Counted from the first letter of the whole stretch, positions 11,767-24,936 are shown. The stretch: 63,030 bases of DNA, filler included, from Globobulimina sp. (GCA_003354225.1; 38 parts of 38 records of this genome joined end to end with filler, not necessarily neighbours in it); one strand, 5' to 3'. Program-made: numbers and translations. The notes: generated by a model not told the origin, from the sequence alone.

Positions 11767-11815
11767 CGACTCCCTGTACGTTACCTCCACATTGCCAAAT
11801 ATGTGGTTATTCTCC

Positions 11816-12849
11816 TCATGAACGCCCAGTAACAACTCGGCCAAATCCAAAAACTGATCCGCAGTCAAATATGAATGGCTGAACAGTATACCCAATGTAC
11901 GCGACGCCACGTGACATAAAACATCGCTTTTGCACGAAATCCAGCGCACAAATATTTTCTTCACGAATTTTATATCGCAGAATAAGTCTGTACGTGGATG
12001 CAATTTCTGTGCAAGGATGGAAAAACAGATTGATATACGCCGACAAATGGCGATGGCCCATACCCAGTCTGTACGCACCGGCACTCGCTTGCGGTGACAT
12101 CAATGTCATCTGTGTGGCAGCTCGGACGTGCGGCGACGTCGGGTTTGAGATGCTCTGAGTCAGTCCTTTGAGTTTGCTGATGCCGGCAATGGTTTTGTTG
12201 CGAGCTATGATCGGAGCGTCAGAATGGCCTCGTTTTGGCTTTGTGACATATTTGTTGGTGCTCGGAATCGGTGTGTGTGGCTTTGCAGTGTTGGTGGGCC
12301 CCAAAATCGCGCTGGATTTGACCATGGCAGTGGCGGTTTTTTGACTGGCGGCGTTGTGGCGGTGCAGGTTGTTGGCAGTGAGTGCGGTGTTGGGGAAAAA
12401 GGTGGCTTTGATGCCAGAGTTTTTACGCGGCGGCAGCTGGAAGGGATAGGTGGCATCGTCGGGATAGGCGAAGGTCTGCGGCGAGGTGGCGGAATGGAGT
12501 GAGGTGGAAGAGACCATCGAGACTGCGGTGTCGGTGTCGAGTCCGCTGTCGTCGAAGTTGTCGGTTTCAGTTAATTCGGTGAATTCTGTGAGCTCTGTGT
12601 CTGAGATTTGCGTGAATGTAAAGCGTTTTATTTCTGCTTCGCGTGCCAGACGGCGTTGGTTTTGCAGGGTGAGCTTTTCCAGGAAATGTTCTTGCAATCG
12701 AGACATTATGATAAGTAATTCATCCTCGTCCTATGTATGAGTGGGTGGGTGGGTGTGTTTGGAGTCGGGTGGAGAGGTACCAGTGTGCTGCGTATTTCGT
12801 CGTATAATTCCATCTCCTCCGCCACGAAATTACTGTCCATGGTGTGCAT
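11816..12849 (-). CDS. Hypothetical eukaryotic protein with an S/T/P-rich middle; intron 12731-12780; 3' structure uncertain
   Basis: A 50-nt GT-AG intron joins EIRSTL to DEDELLIIMSRLQE in frame. Confidence 0.5.
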
Positions 12850-13458
12850 AGTAGTTGGTGGGTTGTTGTGATACAGTAAAAAACTTTCATCAAACAAAAA
12901 ATATACTAACAATCTAACATATATCTTTTGCTGTATATGAAAGAGCAGATGTGATTTTAATTAATTTTTCTGATCGGAATTGGAAATGTTTTGGACTTTG
13001 GAAACGTTGTGTTTCTGCGTTGTGTAAATTGGTGGTGTTTAAAAACACCTGGTTTGATCAAGTATAATGATAATATATTGATGGATCGATCGAGATCTAT
13101 TTTGTATTTGCAATGTATAGTTGCAGTGCTTTCTGTGCCTCCATCTGGCAATGCTTTGCGAATTCGCCGGGTAAACATAAGCGAACCGCACATTTTATGG
13201 CTNNNNNNNNNNNNNNNNNNNNNNNNNNNNNNNNNNNNNNNNNNNNTTAATTAATTAANNNNNNNNNNNNNNNNNNNNNNNNNNNNNNNNNNNNNNNNNN
13301 NNCAGAGCCCCTGGCCTGTCTCCAGGGTTCTGATGCATCCTCCGGATGCTGCACTCGCGGGATTCCAGTAGGGACGCCTTCAAGGAGGAGTTGGTGTCCT
13401 GAATGCGCCCCGGTCGTGTTCTCGTGCTCCAGCGCAGGATGCGGCTGGGGCGATCTGG

Positions 13459-13959
13459 ATTTGCAAAGGATATCGCTTTGGGAATATCCATTGGACAAAT
13501 CGTATCAAAACAGATTGGAAAATATGCAAAGCCATTTGTTCAGAAAATAGTTGGTGATGATTTGAAAAAATGGGCGGATTTTTTAATTGATTATGGATGT
13601 CGGCTATTCGGCATTGCTTTGGCGTTAATGTTAGTTCGCGTTGTTTCTGCCTTTCATTCTGCAGTCAAAGGTGGACAGATGATTGCGAAATTTGTGTTTG
13701 CTTTCTTGAATCCACATCAATTGGGCGGCGCTGATGTGAATGTGGAGGGAACCAGAGGTTTGTGTGTCGTATCCGCGTTGCTTGTGTTATTTTGATATAT
13801 TTTGTTTTAGCTTTTATGGCAGTACAATATGGTTTAGCTGCAGTTGGATTTTGGTGGCAATTGTCGTCTGGATTTGCATTAAATTCATGGATTATGAGAT
13901 TGATATTAATTCCATTTACTTCCACTGAAGTAATGCTTACATATTTGGCTGTTTATTAA
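13459..13959 (+). CDS. Hypothetical protist membrane protein, C-terminal part; intron 13758-13810
   Basis: Two hydrophobic ORF pieces joined by a 53-nt GT-AG intron (EGTR|AFMAVQ). Confidence 0.6.
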
Positions 13960-14240
13960 CTAGATTGTATGACAAATATATTAATTATATGCCAAGTAAC
14001 ACGCTATTTTTGTATTTGGTTATTTGTTTCTTTTTAGATATGTTTCGTCAGTTAAAATGTTAGTAATTTGACCATTTGCTGCGATTATTACAACATTTTA
14101 AATGATGGACATTTTTGTAAAAGAAATATGTGTGATTTTCTTTTTTGTCATTATAACTTTTTATACGTACTATGTAGAATTTAATCCTTGCACTCAATTC
14201 GTTTGAACTTATTTGAAACTTTTTTCCGTGTCAAGTTGTG

Positions 14241-14837
14241 TCAATCAATTTGTAATGAAAATGGATTATATGGCCCTCCATTTGAATTATCAGATATGAA
14301 TTTTTCGTCGATTTTATACCAAAAAAATGAGAGAAATGTTCCTATGATAGCTCCAGCAATCAATTGAGGAATATTATGGAATAGCAATGCCAGTCTTGAA
14401 TAACATACTAAAAGTGACAAAATCCAGATTATTGCAACGTAAAATTGATGCTTTGTTTTATGAAATTTCGACCAATTAAATCTATTGTAATGTGTTAATA
14501 ATTGATGAAAATAGCCTGCGCATAAAAACATAAATTGTGCATGATCTGATGGCATTCCATAGCCATAATAAACAGAATATGGACGTGGTTGCTTGAATAT
14601 TCTCTTTAATATTTTATTAAGCACAACACTCGACAACAATGCAATCAATAACAATATGTTTCGTCTCTGATGTTTGGTGTAAATTAACAAAATAGTGGCT
14701 AAATAGATTAATATGAAAAGTGGTGTTGTTGTAACAAAACACAGCGACTGTTGAAATAAACTGCCATCATGAACGACATAAAGCAGTTTAAATGGCTCCA
14801 GATTGTCCAACAACTCTGGCATGATTAAAGTAAACAT
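14241..14837 (-). CDS. Dolichyldiphosphatase-like PAP2 membrane phosphatase
   Basis: PAP2 motifs KRIFKQPRP, GMPSDHAQF, SRLALLFHNIPQLIAG. Confidence 0.88.
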   Translation of the reverse strand: MFTLIMPELLDNLEPFKLLYVVHDGSLFQQSLCFVTTTPLFILIYLATILLIYTKHQRRNILLLIALLSSVVLNKILKRIFKQPRPYSVYYGYGMPSDHAQFMFLCAGYFHQLLTHYNRFNWSKFHKTKHQFYVAIIWILSLLVCYSRLALLFHNIPQLIAGAIIGTFLSFFWYKIDEKFISDNSNGGPYNPFSLQID

Positions 14838-15024
14838 TTTATTTAAAGTAAAGTAACTGCAGAANNNNNNNNNNNNNNNNNNNNNNNNNNNNNNNNNNNN
14901 NNNNNNNNTTAATTAATTAANNNNNNNNNNNNNNNNNNNNNNNNNNNNNNNNNNNNNNNNNNNNTTGGTCACTTATTTCCCAGATATTAAAATTCAACAA
15001 ATTCTACGTTCAACCAGCACTACC

Positions 15025-15987
15025 ATGGCGTTAGAATTGATAAACAGCACTATCGAAGCATTCACAGAAAAACCAAATAAAGCACGCAAACCAGATATTC
15101 CATCATTATCAATAGAACCAGACGAAGATGAAAAAAAAGCAGACGTTGTCTACAAATACTATGACGGAGAAATTGTGAACAAAGAGTTTACAGACAAACA
15201 AGGCCAACGCAGTCACGTTGAGATTCCAAAATGGATGCAAAAAGGTGCAGAAATTCCTGATCATGTCAAAGATTTAAAATGTCAGAAAATATCGTTTCCA
15301 AAAACATATTATAGCAGTGATAAATGGGTAGTATTAATACATAATGTATTGACAAAAGAAGAATGTAATGATTTAATAAAATTTTCAGAAGAACAAGGCT
15401 ATGAAGACGCTCTCGTAAATATTGGTTGGGGCCGACAACAAAAATTGCCCGATTTTCGAAATTGTAAAAGAATGATGATCGATAATTATGAAATGGTGAA
15501 TTGTTTATGGTCGAGAACACAACAATTTATTCCCACATATTTCGATCGCAGAAAGAAAATATCATTTAATGAAAGATTGCGATTTTTGCGCTATCATAAA
15601 GGGGAATTTTTCGGACCTCATTTAGATGGAACATATCGTAGGGAAAATGGTGAAATTTCAAAGCTTACTTTTTTAGTATATTTAAATGATGGATTTAAAG
15701 GTGGATCGACACGGTTTTTACAACCATTCAATGCGGAGACAAACTATCATGCTCCAAAGATTAAGGCTGGAATGGTTGTCATGTTCCAACATGATGTGTA
15801 TCACGAAGGTGCTATGTTGGAGGAAGGAGTGAAATATATAATTAGGACTGATGTTATGTATACAAAAAAGAAATATAAAGCATCAAAGATAAGTGCTGCG
15901 GAGGATAATGTGGCTATAAAATATGCTAAATATGATGGTTGGGACATTGATACACAAATACAGGAAGATGAAAAGAATGATAAATGA
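15025..15987 (+). CDS. Prolyl-4-hydroxylase-like 2OG-Fe(II) oxygenase
   Basis: HNVLTKEEC, NERLRFLRY, FGPHLDG, LVYLNDGFKGGST, HEG, KYIIRTD. Confidence 0.9.
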   Translation: MALELINSTIEAFTEKPNKARKPDIPSLSIEPDEDEKKADVVYKYYDGEIVNKEFTDKQGQRSHVEIPKWMQKGAEIPDHVKDLKCQKISFPKTYYSSDKWVVLIHNVLTKEECNDLIKFSEEQGYEDALVNIGWGRQQKLPDFRNCKRMMIDNYEMVNCLWSRTQQFIPTYFDRRKKISFNERLRFLRYHKGEFFGPHLDGTYRRENGEISKLTFLVYLNDGFKGGSTRFLQPFNAETNYHAPKIKAGMVVMFQHDVYHEGAMLEEGVKYIIRTDVMYTKKKYKASKISAAEDNVAIKYAKYDGWDIDTQIQEDEKNDK

Positions 15988-16879
15988 ATTGAACGTGTGT
16001 TGTTATGTAGTTTGTGTTAATTGTGTGCAAAGTGTGCAGCCAGACATTTAAGTCTTCGAGTTTTTCTGTTAAAGCATTCGTGATTCGAAAAATGTTTCCC
16101 AAAGCATAGTTTCTAGAAATTTCTGTCTGTGTGAATCAGTTACAACAGAAAATTTAAAATTATAGGGACACTCTAATATATAACATAACATAAATTCACA
16201 TAACAAATAGAACATTTCAAAACATATCAATTATTATTTATGATATGCAGTACCATATATAGTATAATTAGACGATTCAGAATTAGAATAATTGTTTGTG
16301 TCATATGCATCAATTTTTGGTGGGTTATATTGCTTGATATTATGCTTTAATTCTTTTGATTTTACTCTATATAAATTATGATTGCTTTCAAGTTTATAAT
16401 CATTTATATCAACGCTTCGGTCATACATTTCGTACTCATCCATTTGTGTGCTTTCACTCCTTCTTCTACTAATTTGTCTCAATTGTTTATTAAAGTCTGT
16501 TGACGTCAATGACGGTGCGCGTTTTTNNNNNNNNNNNNNNNNNNNNNNNNNNNNNNNNNNNNNNNNNNNNTTAATTAATTAANNNNNNNNNNNNNNNNNN
16601 NNNNNNNNNNNNNNNNNNNNNNNNNNGCCGCCGAATAAGTTACCCTCCCGGGTATGTACACTTGGCTCTTGCACGAATACTATTGGCATAAAGCGAAATA
16701 TTGTGCGCACCTAACACATCATCGTTGCGTTCCAACTTGACCTAACAGCACGAAGTCCTTGTGCAAGTGATCATGTCTGTAAAGTCCACGAATTCCGAAG
16801 CATGCGCTGACTGGAGGAACAGTTCAAATTCCCCCGGAGTTGTATCCATAAGTGGAAGGATCCAAAATCCACCGACATT

Positions 16880-18085
16880 ACTCCTCAAATTAAATACGCC
16901 ATACTGACAGCCATGAGACGCGCACTCGATGCCTTCCGTATTGCCGATAGTAAATCGGGTGGTCTCTAAACCACTGTCTTTTGGATTTCCAGCGCAAGCA
17001 TAGTCACCGCCGCAGCCCACCGCACATGGCTCATCCCGCAAGCAATCAAACTCAAATATACTGTGCATGCACGCATTGTCTCCACTGCACCCGATCTCCT
17101 TTATATTGGTGCCAGTTATTTTGGTCCCAATGCATGACTCGTCGCCGTTGCAACTCAGTGTGACACCACCATCGGCGTCGCCGTATAAACGAATATCTTT
17201 CACTCCCAAACATGACTGATCTCCATTACACGAGAAGTCCTCACATGGCGAACGGCCGTTGGCTTTCCCACAGATTATGCTTTTACACAAACAGCAATCA
17301 TAATTTTCGGAGCATTCAATTTTGCCCTCACCATTATCCGTTATAACTTGCCCAAACACAGAGCATTCATCCGGAGGATTGTCGTCATTGCCCCACGCAC
17401 AATCTTAGTAATCACACAATGTGCAATTCAATATGTTATCATGTATTTGTCGTTGATGGATGGCACATAACAGCTCAGTCATAACCGCGAAGTGGAAAGC
17501 ATTGCATCACAATCCACAAACCGTTATTTGCCATCATCAACGTTTACGACTTTGCGTACGTACCTTGTCCATAATAGCCTGGGTTCACTGGAACAATTAT
17601 TTGTGGGTTTGTGTACGGGTTTGTTTCTGCAGTAAATGAAGATGGAACTTCTTCTGGGCAATCTCCAAGACATTCAAACGAGGCTGCCCTGGTTACATCG
17701 ATCTCGCCCCAACTTTCACAGCTCGTAGACCCTTTGCACTGTAATTCGCAATGTCCGGTTCCACACGAAATTTGTATCCCGTCTTTGCAGGAATCGTCTG
17801 CGCCACAAATGATAGTAACATCAGTGGCAGTGTTTGCATTGATGACTGCGCCCGAAGAACAACTCGCTTTCGCATCACATCGTATTTCGCATGGATCGCC
17901 ACCTCGGCAGTTTAATGTCTGTTCTTTGCAAATGTCTTCACGACCACAACTAGATATTATTATAATGTGGAATTGATTTTATTTCTCAAACGACTACAGA
18001 GTATGGACATACTCCAATATACAGATTTCCCCTGAATTGCTTGGACAATCACATGTTTCACCATCACAACTTACGAGGTTGGGGT
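16880..18085 (-). CDS. Cysteine-rich repeat extracellular protein, multi-exon, partial
   Basis: Repeated C-x-G-x-x-[SA]-C modules (CNGDQSC, CNGDESC, CSGDNAC, CGADDSC) on the minus strand separated by intron-like gaps; exon ends approximate. Confidence 0.65.
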
Positions 18086-18288
18086 TTATGTGATCAATCA
18101 TTGAGAGTAAAAGAACGAATAACAGATTCAGAGACGACATGGTTGACCAAAGCTGACTACCTTTGAAAAGATGAGAAAACCGCAGTGTNNNNNNNNNNNN
18201 NNNNNNNNNNNNNNNNNNNNNNNNNNNNNNNNTTAATTAATTAANNNNNNNNNNNNNNNNNNNNNNNNNNNNNNNNNNNNNNNNNNNN

Positions 18289-19287
18289 ATTCTACAACTT
18301 GAACATTTCCATTTTTACCATCGATAGTTGCATCCATCTCCGCTGCACAAAAAATATTTACATCATCATTCATTTTAATTTTTAATAATGCTCTGATTTC
18401 ATCTCTGTCAATGCAATATTTCTTAAAATTCATCGAATCCGTTTCAGTTAATTTATTATCATTATTTGATAATGTCTCCACCACATATTCCCATACTTTC
18501 CCATAACATGCCGGCAGTGCGTTTTTCGTGCTTCTGTTATTCCGAAATGGGTCAATTTCACGAATATTCTGCAAAAGAATACGATTTCCATCCCAATGCA
18601 CACCAATATTTATGCCTGTTTTATCATATATTTTCATTTTATTTAATTTATGTAAAATAACAGAAGCTATCGCTCTTAAATTACGACGGAATGTTACAAC
18701 GGGTGGATTATTCTGAGTATTATCTGTGTCATGATCGATGTCAATAATATTATTATTTGATATTTTCATTATTTTTTGTATTTCAATGCCCAACGGATTA
18801 ATTCTACCACCAAATGCTTGATTGTACAGTTCATTTGATGGTGGTTTTTGAGATAATGATTTATTTGTTATTTCATTGGGAATTTGGGATATTGGATTGG
18901 AATATGATTTAAATCAAATTCCAATTGTTTTTCATTTATTATTTTAAGTGTTTCTGAGGGGATATGAACGGGTTTAATATTTGGATTACATTCTAATAAA
19001 TCATGTGTTGGATCCGTGTGGTAATAAGTTAATAAATTAATGTCTGTTTTGATTGTTTGTGGCTGTTTATTTAATATGTCCTTTGCATCAAATGTTGAAA
19101 TGATTTCATTCTTTTCAGAGTATTGATTATAAAATTCTCTGTGATGTCTTGCTCTCTCCCTCTCTCTTGATCGTGAACGTGATCTTGACCTTGACCTTGA
19201 CCTTGATCTATACCTTATATGTCCTGGTCGATCCCTCCTATCGCTTGATGGTAAATGCGATGATCGATGTCTCGACGAGTCGGACAT
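18289..19287 (-). CDS. DXO/RAI1-like decapping exonuclease with an N-terminal RS-rich tract; split over two frames; 3'-truncated
   Basis: VVTFRRNL, CYGKVWE, CAAEMDA...VE resemble DXO/RAI1 motifs; RSRSRSRS N-terminus; -1 frame change near 18870-18913. Confidence 0.55.
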
Positions 19288-19950
19288 GAATGAGATAGTA
19301 ATAGAAAAACTGTTCAGGTCTGACACTTAAGATATATATTGAAATTGTAAATACAGTCAGCAAAACACATTTAATGGGTGCGCAAAAAATAAACTATATC
19401 ATGAATAAACTGTTTAAATCTAGGATTCAGACGCGGAGAATCCATCAAATGCAATATATGTTGATCCAATTTCCTGGATAACCAATTTGTAAACCAATAG
19501 ATTGCATTGACATTTTTAAATCCGATATGAGTGTTCCTCCAAAACGAGAGAAATTCCAATGTGAGTCCCAATGTCCCAGTGAGTGACACAAAAGTGATAC
19601 TGATGCCCAATGTTGCATTTTGAGTTGTAATTGTAAAATTGTTCAAATATGTTTGCTTTTTTAACTCGATGCATTGCTAAAATGTAATGATAATACTTTG
19701 TCATATAATCTTCCAATATTAAATAGGCTAAGTTTTGATATTTTTTCTCGTAATGGCGCAGTGCCATCCATCCCTGAATAATCATCCAAAATGTTTTCTA
19801 ATTCACCATTGAAGCCATACAAATATTGTTGCATTAAGTCATCAGACGATNNNNNNNNNNNNNNNNNNNNNNNNNNNNNNNNNNNNNNNNNNNNTTAATT
19901 AATTAANNNNNNNNNNNNNNNNNNNNNNNNNNNNNNNNNNNNNNNNNNNN

Positions 19951-21512
19951 ATAAATCATATACAAACAGCAAATCTGAATCAAACATTCCTGTCGCCATC
20001 CAAGCAATATCTCATATGTATTCTATACAAAATTTGAAGAAATTTAATTACTTAACACATTTAAATGAGATACATGCGATTCATCAAAGTATATTAAAAT
20101 TTGCCGCACGGTATCCGCATGCACCACTCCTTCCGAGTCCATTTATTAAGGATAAATTAAGAAAGTTTGAGAGCAAATATACCATAAATACACAGGAAAT
20201 ATGTCCTGTAATGACACGTGCAATGCACCGAGCAGCCAAAGCAACAAATATTAAGAAAATAGAAAAATCGCGCATAGAAAAAGAAAATGAATTAAATAGT
20301 TTCAGCGATAAAGGATACATTAAAATGGATATTGATAATTATGATGATCGAGACAAATTATTTGATGACGCACAAATTAAAAATATGGTAATGGAGAATA
20401 ATAAGGAATATTTATTAAAACCATTGAAGAATAATATATTTCTAACATCTGGTATCTCCCCCTATGATTTAATAAAATCTGAACAAAATCGGATTTATAT
20501 GAATTTGATACGCAAATTAAATGATGACTCATATAAATTAAAACCTGCGACGTTTTATGACAAGATATATATGAAAGCATTGAATGAGAATAAATTAACA
20601 TTGCGCGATGATGGATTATTATTATTTGAAAATAGAATCATTGTTCCACCGAAATTACGTGTACCGCTCATGCAATATTGCCACGTTGAAGGCGTAAACC
20701 ATCGAGGAATTACAGCCACAGTTAATTATGTCAAGAAATATTGGTATTGGCCACACGAACAAGAAGATATTTGCATTTATATAAAAAGATGTTTTTGTAA
20801 ATTGGTTGACAAAGTTAAGAAAAACAAATATAATAAAGACAAAGGTCCGATGTCACCGTATCATACAACCGGACCAAATCAATTTGTTTTTATGGATTTG
20901 TATGGACCGATGCATGATAATGGAATGATTTTAGTTATGTTAGATCTATGGGATGGAATGTGTAAGTTATCGAAAGTTAAGCCGCGTTCAATTGAAATAT
21001 GCAAAGCCGTACTATTTATATGGTGCTATGAATTAGGATTTATACGCAAATTAGGTAACGACAATGGAAAATATTTTACAGGCATTGTAAACCATGTATT
21101 TAATTATATTATTGGTATAACAATAGGAAAAATGATGGAATATACACCATGGTCAGACCCCGCCGAGACACAAATGAGATTTCTGACGAAAAGCATTGCA
21201 ATACATAAATATAACTACGACCATTATGGTATTGCTTCATTATACGATAAATTAAAGGTATTAGAAAGAAGTAAGAAATATGCAAAGTATCAGAATTATT
21301 TGCCATCAATACAATTTAGCCAGAATTGCATTAAAAAGCCACATACTGGATTTGCACCAAATGAATTACGTTTTCATTTCCCTTTTTATACAAATTGTCT
21401 AGAAATGAATTTACGACTAAAGGAGTTTAGCAAATTAAATCCGAAAGATTTTAATTTAAATGGAAATGTGGATTATAAAAAGTTTCAAAAATGGGCAAAG
21501 AATACACATAAA
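19951..21512 (+). mobile_element. Ty3/Gypsy-like LTR retrotransposon pol fragment (integrase)
   Basis: RIIVPPKLR...H...HRG...YWP...CFC zinc-binding region; FMDLYGP, DNGKYF and PAE as the DDE core; TGFAPNEL. Confidence 0.82.
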
Positions 21513-21612
21513 NNNNNNNNNNNNNNNNNNNNNNNNNNNNNNNNNNNNNNNNNNNNTTAATTAATTAANNNNNNNNNNNNNNNNNNNNNNNNNNNNNNNN
21601 NNNNNNNNNNNN

Positions 21613-23174
21613 ACAGAGATATGAATCTCTACAAACAGCTCATCATCGCATAAGGTTTTATTCATGACTTCGTAGTCTGCCGTCTCGCTATTAATCCATA
21701 CCGATTCATCCGTAAATACAAAATCTAAGTCAACCTTTGTGTAAATATCCCCATTGGGAATGAATAAATCACTCTTTGTGGTGGTGGTGCTTAGCGACAG
21801 CATAAACTGTGAAGTGCCGTTGTTGGTGTTATTAACATTATGGTCGGGTTTAAATGATCGAAAACCATAAATAAAGCGTATGGTGAATGGTGCGCGGAAT
21901 TCAAAACTATTGTCATTGGCCTGTAAGTAATGTGGATGCCGGAATTCAATGAAACTATGCGTTGCTACAGGATCCAGGCCGGGGAACCCAGTCCCGGCGG
22001 AAGTGTAGGTATCGAAGAAATGGATGCTTGGGAATGTAGTCCATATATTCTCCTGCACAGTGAACCAATCTACGAAGGAAGTGATGCTCAATGAGTGTAA
22101 GGTGATGAATTGTGAAGTGGCATTGTCCAATATACCAAAATATAATTGTTGTGCGTCGAGATAGGAGCCATTTTCAATGGTCACGTTTAAGAGCTGTGCG
22201 CTGCTAAACGCTGAAAATAAAACAGTGGCACTTGGTTGTAAAAACAGCTCTGTCTCCGTTCTGTACAATATATAACCATTAATAGCATTGGAATTGGGTG
22301 CAATGGCAGCTTGGGTCGCAATTTCATCTTCAAATATTAACGCTGTTCCTGTGCAGTCATAACTCGCTTTTAGATCACCATCGGTTGTGTTGTACACTTC
22401 ATCTACAAATTGCAACACAAAACCACCACAATAAGAAGCATTTATCTCCATAGAAAACTCCAATCGCAAAGGACCACTGAAGGAAGGAAAGGATTGTAAA
22501 TAGGGTACGACACTGCTATCGAATGTGTCCGCTGCCACACTGCCTTCAAATCCCGTGGAGCTTTGCCATAATTCGTCTCGAAAATAACTAAAATCATCGG
22601 TCAAACCTTTAATGGATTCAAAATATATACATGTTTTTTTTTATATATATATTTGTTATCCTTGCACTCAAATTATATAAATCATTTAACTGATAAGGAA
22701 GCAATCATCCTCGACATGTACCCACATCGCCTCAGTATTACAATAGCGTGAAATCGAAGTCCCTTTCCATCCAAAAGGACAGGGAAGGTCCACTTGAGTG
22801 TCTTGGTCTGTGGCTTTGAAGATATACTCTTTGGGACAACGTGGTGTCGGCGTAGGGTCAGGCGTAGGTTCAATGGTGGGGCCTGCGGTGGGTTCAAGCG
22901 TAGGCTCCACCGTCGGGTTAGACGTAACGCCACAAACACCGATGGCAAAGCTGGTAGCAATTTGATTAGTTGCAGCAGCCCAGTCAGGTATACCTAATAT
23001 ATCCCGTGGTAGGTCAGGATTGTAGGTGACATACGGTATGCCATTTTCCCCGCCTTCGCTCCCGGCGTACACGAATGTGTTGCAAAATAAAGGCATTTCT
23101 ACATAACCAGGGGCGCAGGCAATGCGGTCGCCGGTATTCTCGCTATACACCCAATTGTAGGTCTCCTTCGGGCC
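21613..23174 (-). CDS. Large extracellular or surface protein fragment with PT-rich linker and an HRM-like Cys module; intron 22607-22690
   Basis: PTVEPTLEPTAGPTIEPT; CPFGWKG...RYC...W...C; an 84-nt GT-AG intron joins the two ORFs. Confidence 0.6.
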
Positions 23175-23404
23175 NNNNNNNNNNNNNNNNNNNNNNNNNN
23201 NNNNNNNNNNNNNNNNNNTTAATTAATTAANNNNNNNNNNNNNNNNNNNNNNNNNNNNNNNNNNNNNNNNNNNNTTAGTTAATGATTATTGTCTTGATAT
23301 GTTCAAATATGTGCCTCTGAACATAGAAGAAAATTTGAAAGCCATGCTTTGGAGTGCCTTAACCGAAAGATTTTTTTAAAAAATCTTTTAAAAAAATCTT
23401 TCGT

Positions 23405-24836
23405 ATGAACTGTATATTGAATGGCTGTTTACAGCCAAACGATGATATTTATGCGTCACAACTAGCAAAACGCGTTTGTTTAACCGAACCTATGGTACCA
23501 GACGCAAAGCAAAAAGAAACTAAACAAACATTAACCAAACAATCAGACTATACAATCGCAGTTGCAATTGATTTCGGCACAGATGGAAGTGGTTTGGCCT
23601 ATGCGTTTCCCGATGGCGACATTCGATTTCATAATCAATTTAAATCAGCCAAGTTTGGAAGTTTTACCAAGAATAAAACACATATATTGCTGGATGAAGA
23701 AGGTGATTTCCATTCATTTGGATTAGATGCATCTTATTGTTATATGACATTACCTTCAAAGAAGCAAAAGAAATATGCTCTATTCCAAAATTTCAAAATG
23801 AAATTATACCACGAAAATAATAAAAAATCGACCACAAAACAAAAACAAAAATCACAGATTAAGAAATTATTATCGTCCTTCAATGGACATTTACAAGTGC
23901 CCGCAGAAAAAGTATTTGTTGAGGCTTTGAAACATTTGAAAAAAGAAGCAATGAAATACTTGAAAAAAATGAAAAAAATCAATAAATTAAAGTTTAAACC
24001 TTGTGACATCGAATGGATCATTACAGTCCCCGCCATATGGGATGAAACAGCAAAACATCAAATGAGAGATTGGGCAAAAAAGGCTGAACTAATTTCGAAA
24101 TACTCGCAGTGTCGCATTGTATTGGAACCAGATTGTGCATCTTTAGCGGTGCACAGCAAACTGATAAATATGGATGAATATAGCTTCAATATTGGTGATA
24201 AGTATATGTTGGTGGATGTGGGCGGCGGAACGTGCGACACGGCATGTCATGAAATCTTGACCAAAAATAATAGCCAGGGAGCCAATGGCGTGAAGGAAAT
24301 ATACCATCCATCAGGCGGTGCATATGGCGGAAGTTATATTGATAAAGAATTTATTAATATGTTGCAGAAATTATTCAGCAAGCAATGGATGGATGAATTT
24401 AGAATGGAATATGCAAATATTTATGTTGAGCTGGTACATAAGTTCAGGGTTGCAAAGGAATTGTATTATAAACAAGAGGAGAAAACACATTATATTGAAT
24501 TGCCTGAGGAATTTGTAACGTTTTTAGATGAAAAATGCGAGGAACAGAATGGAGTGGAAGCAGAGGATATGTTTGCGGCTGCTCAGATTAATGGTACTTG
24601 CAATATATTGACACTTATACGACAGTACAATATGACAGAAAGCAAATATTATTTAGCAGCACATGATATTGTATGGAAACATTTATTTGATATTATTGTG
24701 ATTAAAATTATTGATAATTGCCGTGTGATATTAAGTCACTCCATGATGAAGGAGTGCAAATATATGATATTAGTGGGTGGTTTAGCTTGTAATAAGTATT
24801 ATAGACAAAGAATGAACGAAACGTTTGGTGATAAAT
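23405..24836 (+). CDS. HSP70-superfamily protein, HSPA12-like, 3'-truncated
   Basis: AIDFGTDGSG, WIITVPAIW, LEPDCAS, VDVGGGTCD, SGGAYGGSYID, ILVGG. Confidence 0.92.
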
Positions 24837-24936
24837 NNNNNNNNNNNNNNNNNNNNNNNNNNNNNNNNNNNNNNNNNNNNTTAATTAATTAANNNNNNNN
24901 NNNNNNNNNNNNNNNNNNNNNNNNNNNNNNNNNNNN

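Noticed and set aside
11593-12084. Eukaryote-bacterial oxidoreductase fusion by gene transfer
   Set aside because: The bacterial part is ~40 aa at a contig tip with an abrupt junction; a chimera is more parsimonious.
19371-19850. Alternative genetic code suggested by broken frames
   Set aside because: Explained by introns or frame changes; many genes in the window end normally at TAA, TAG or TGA.
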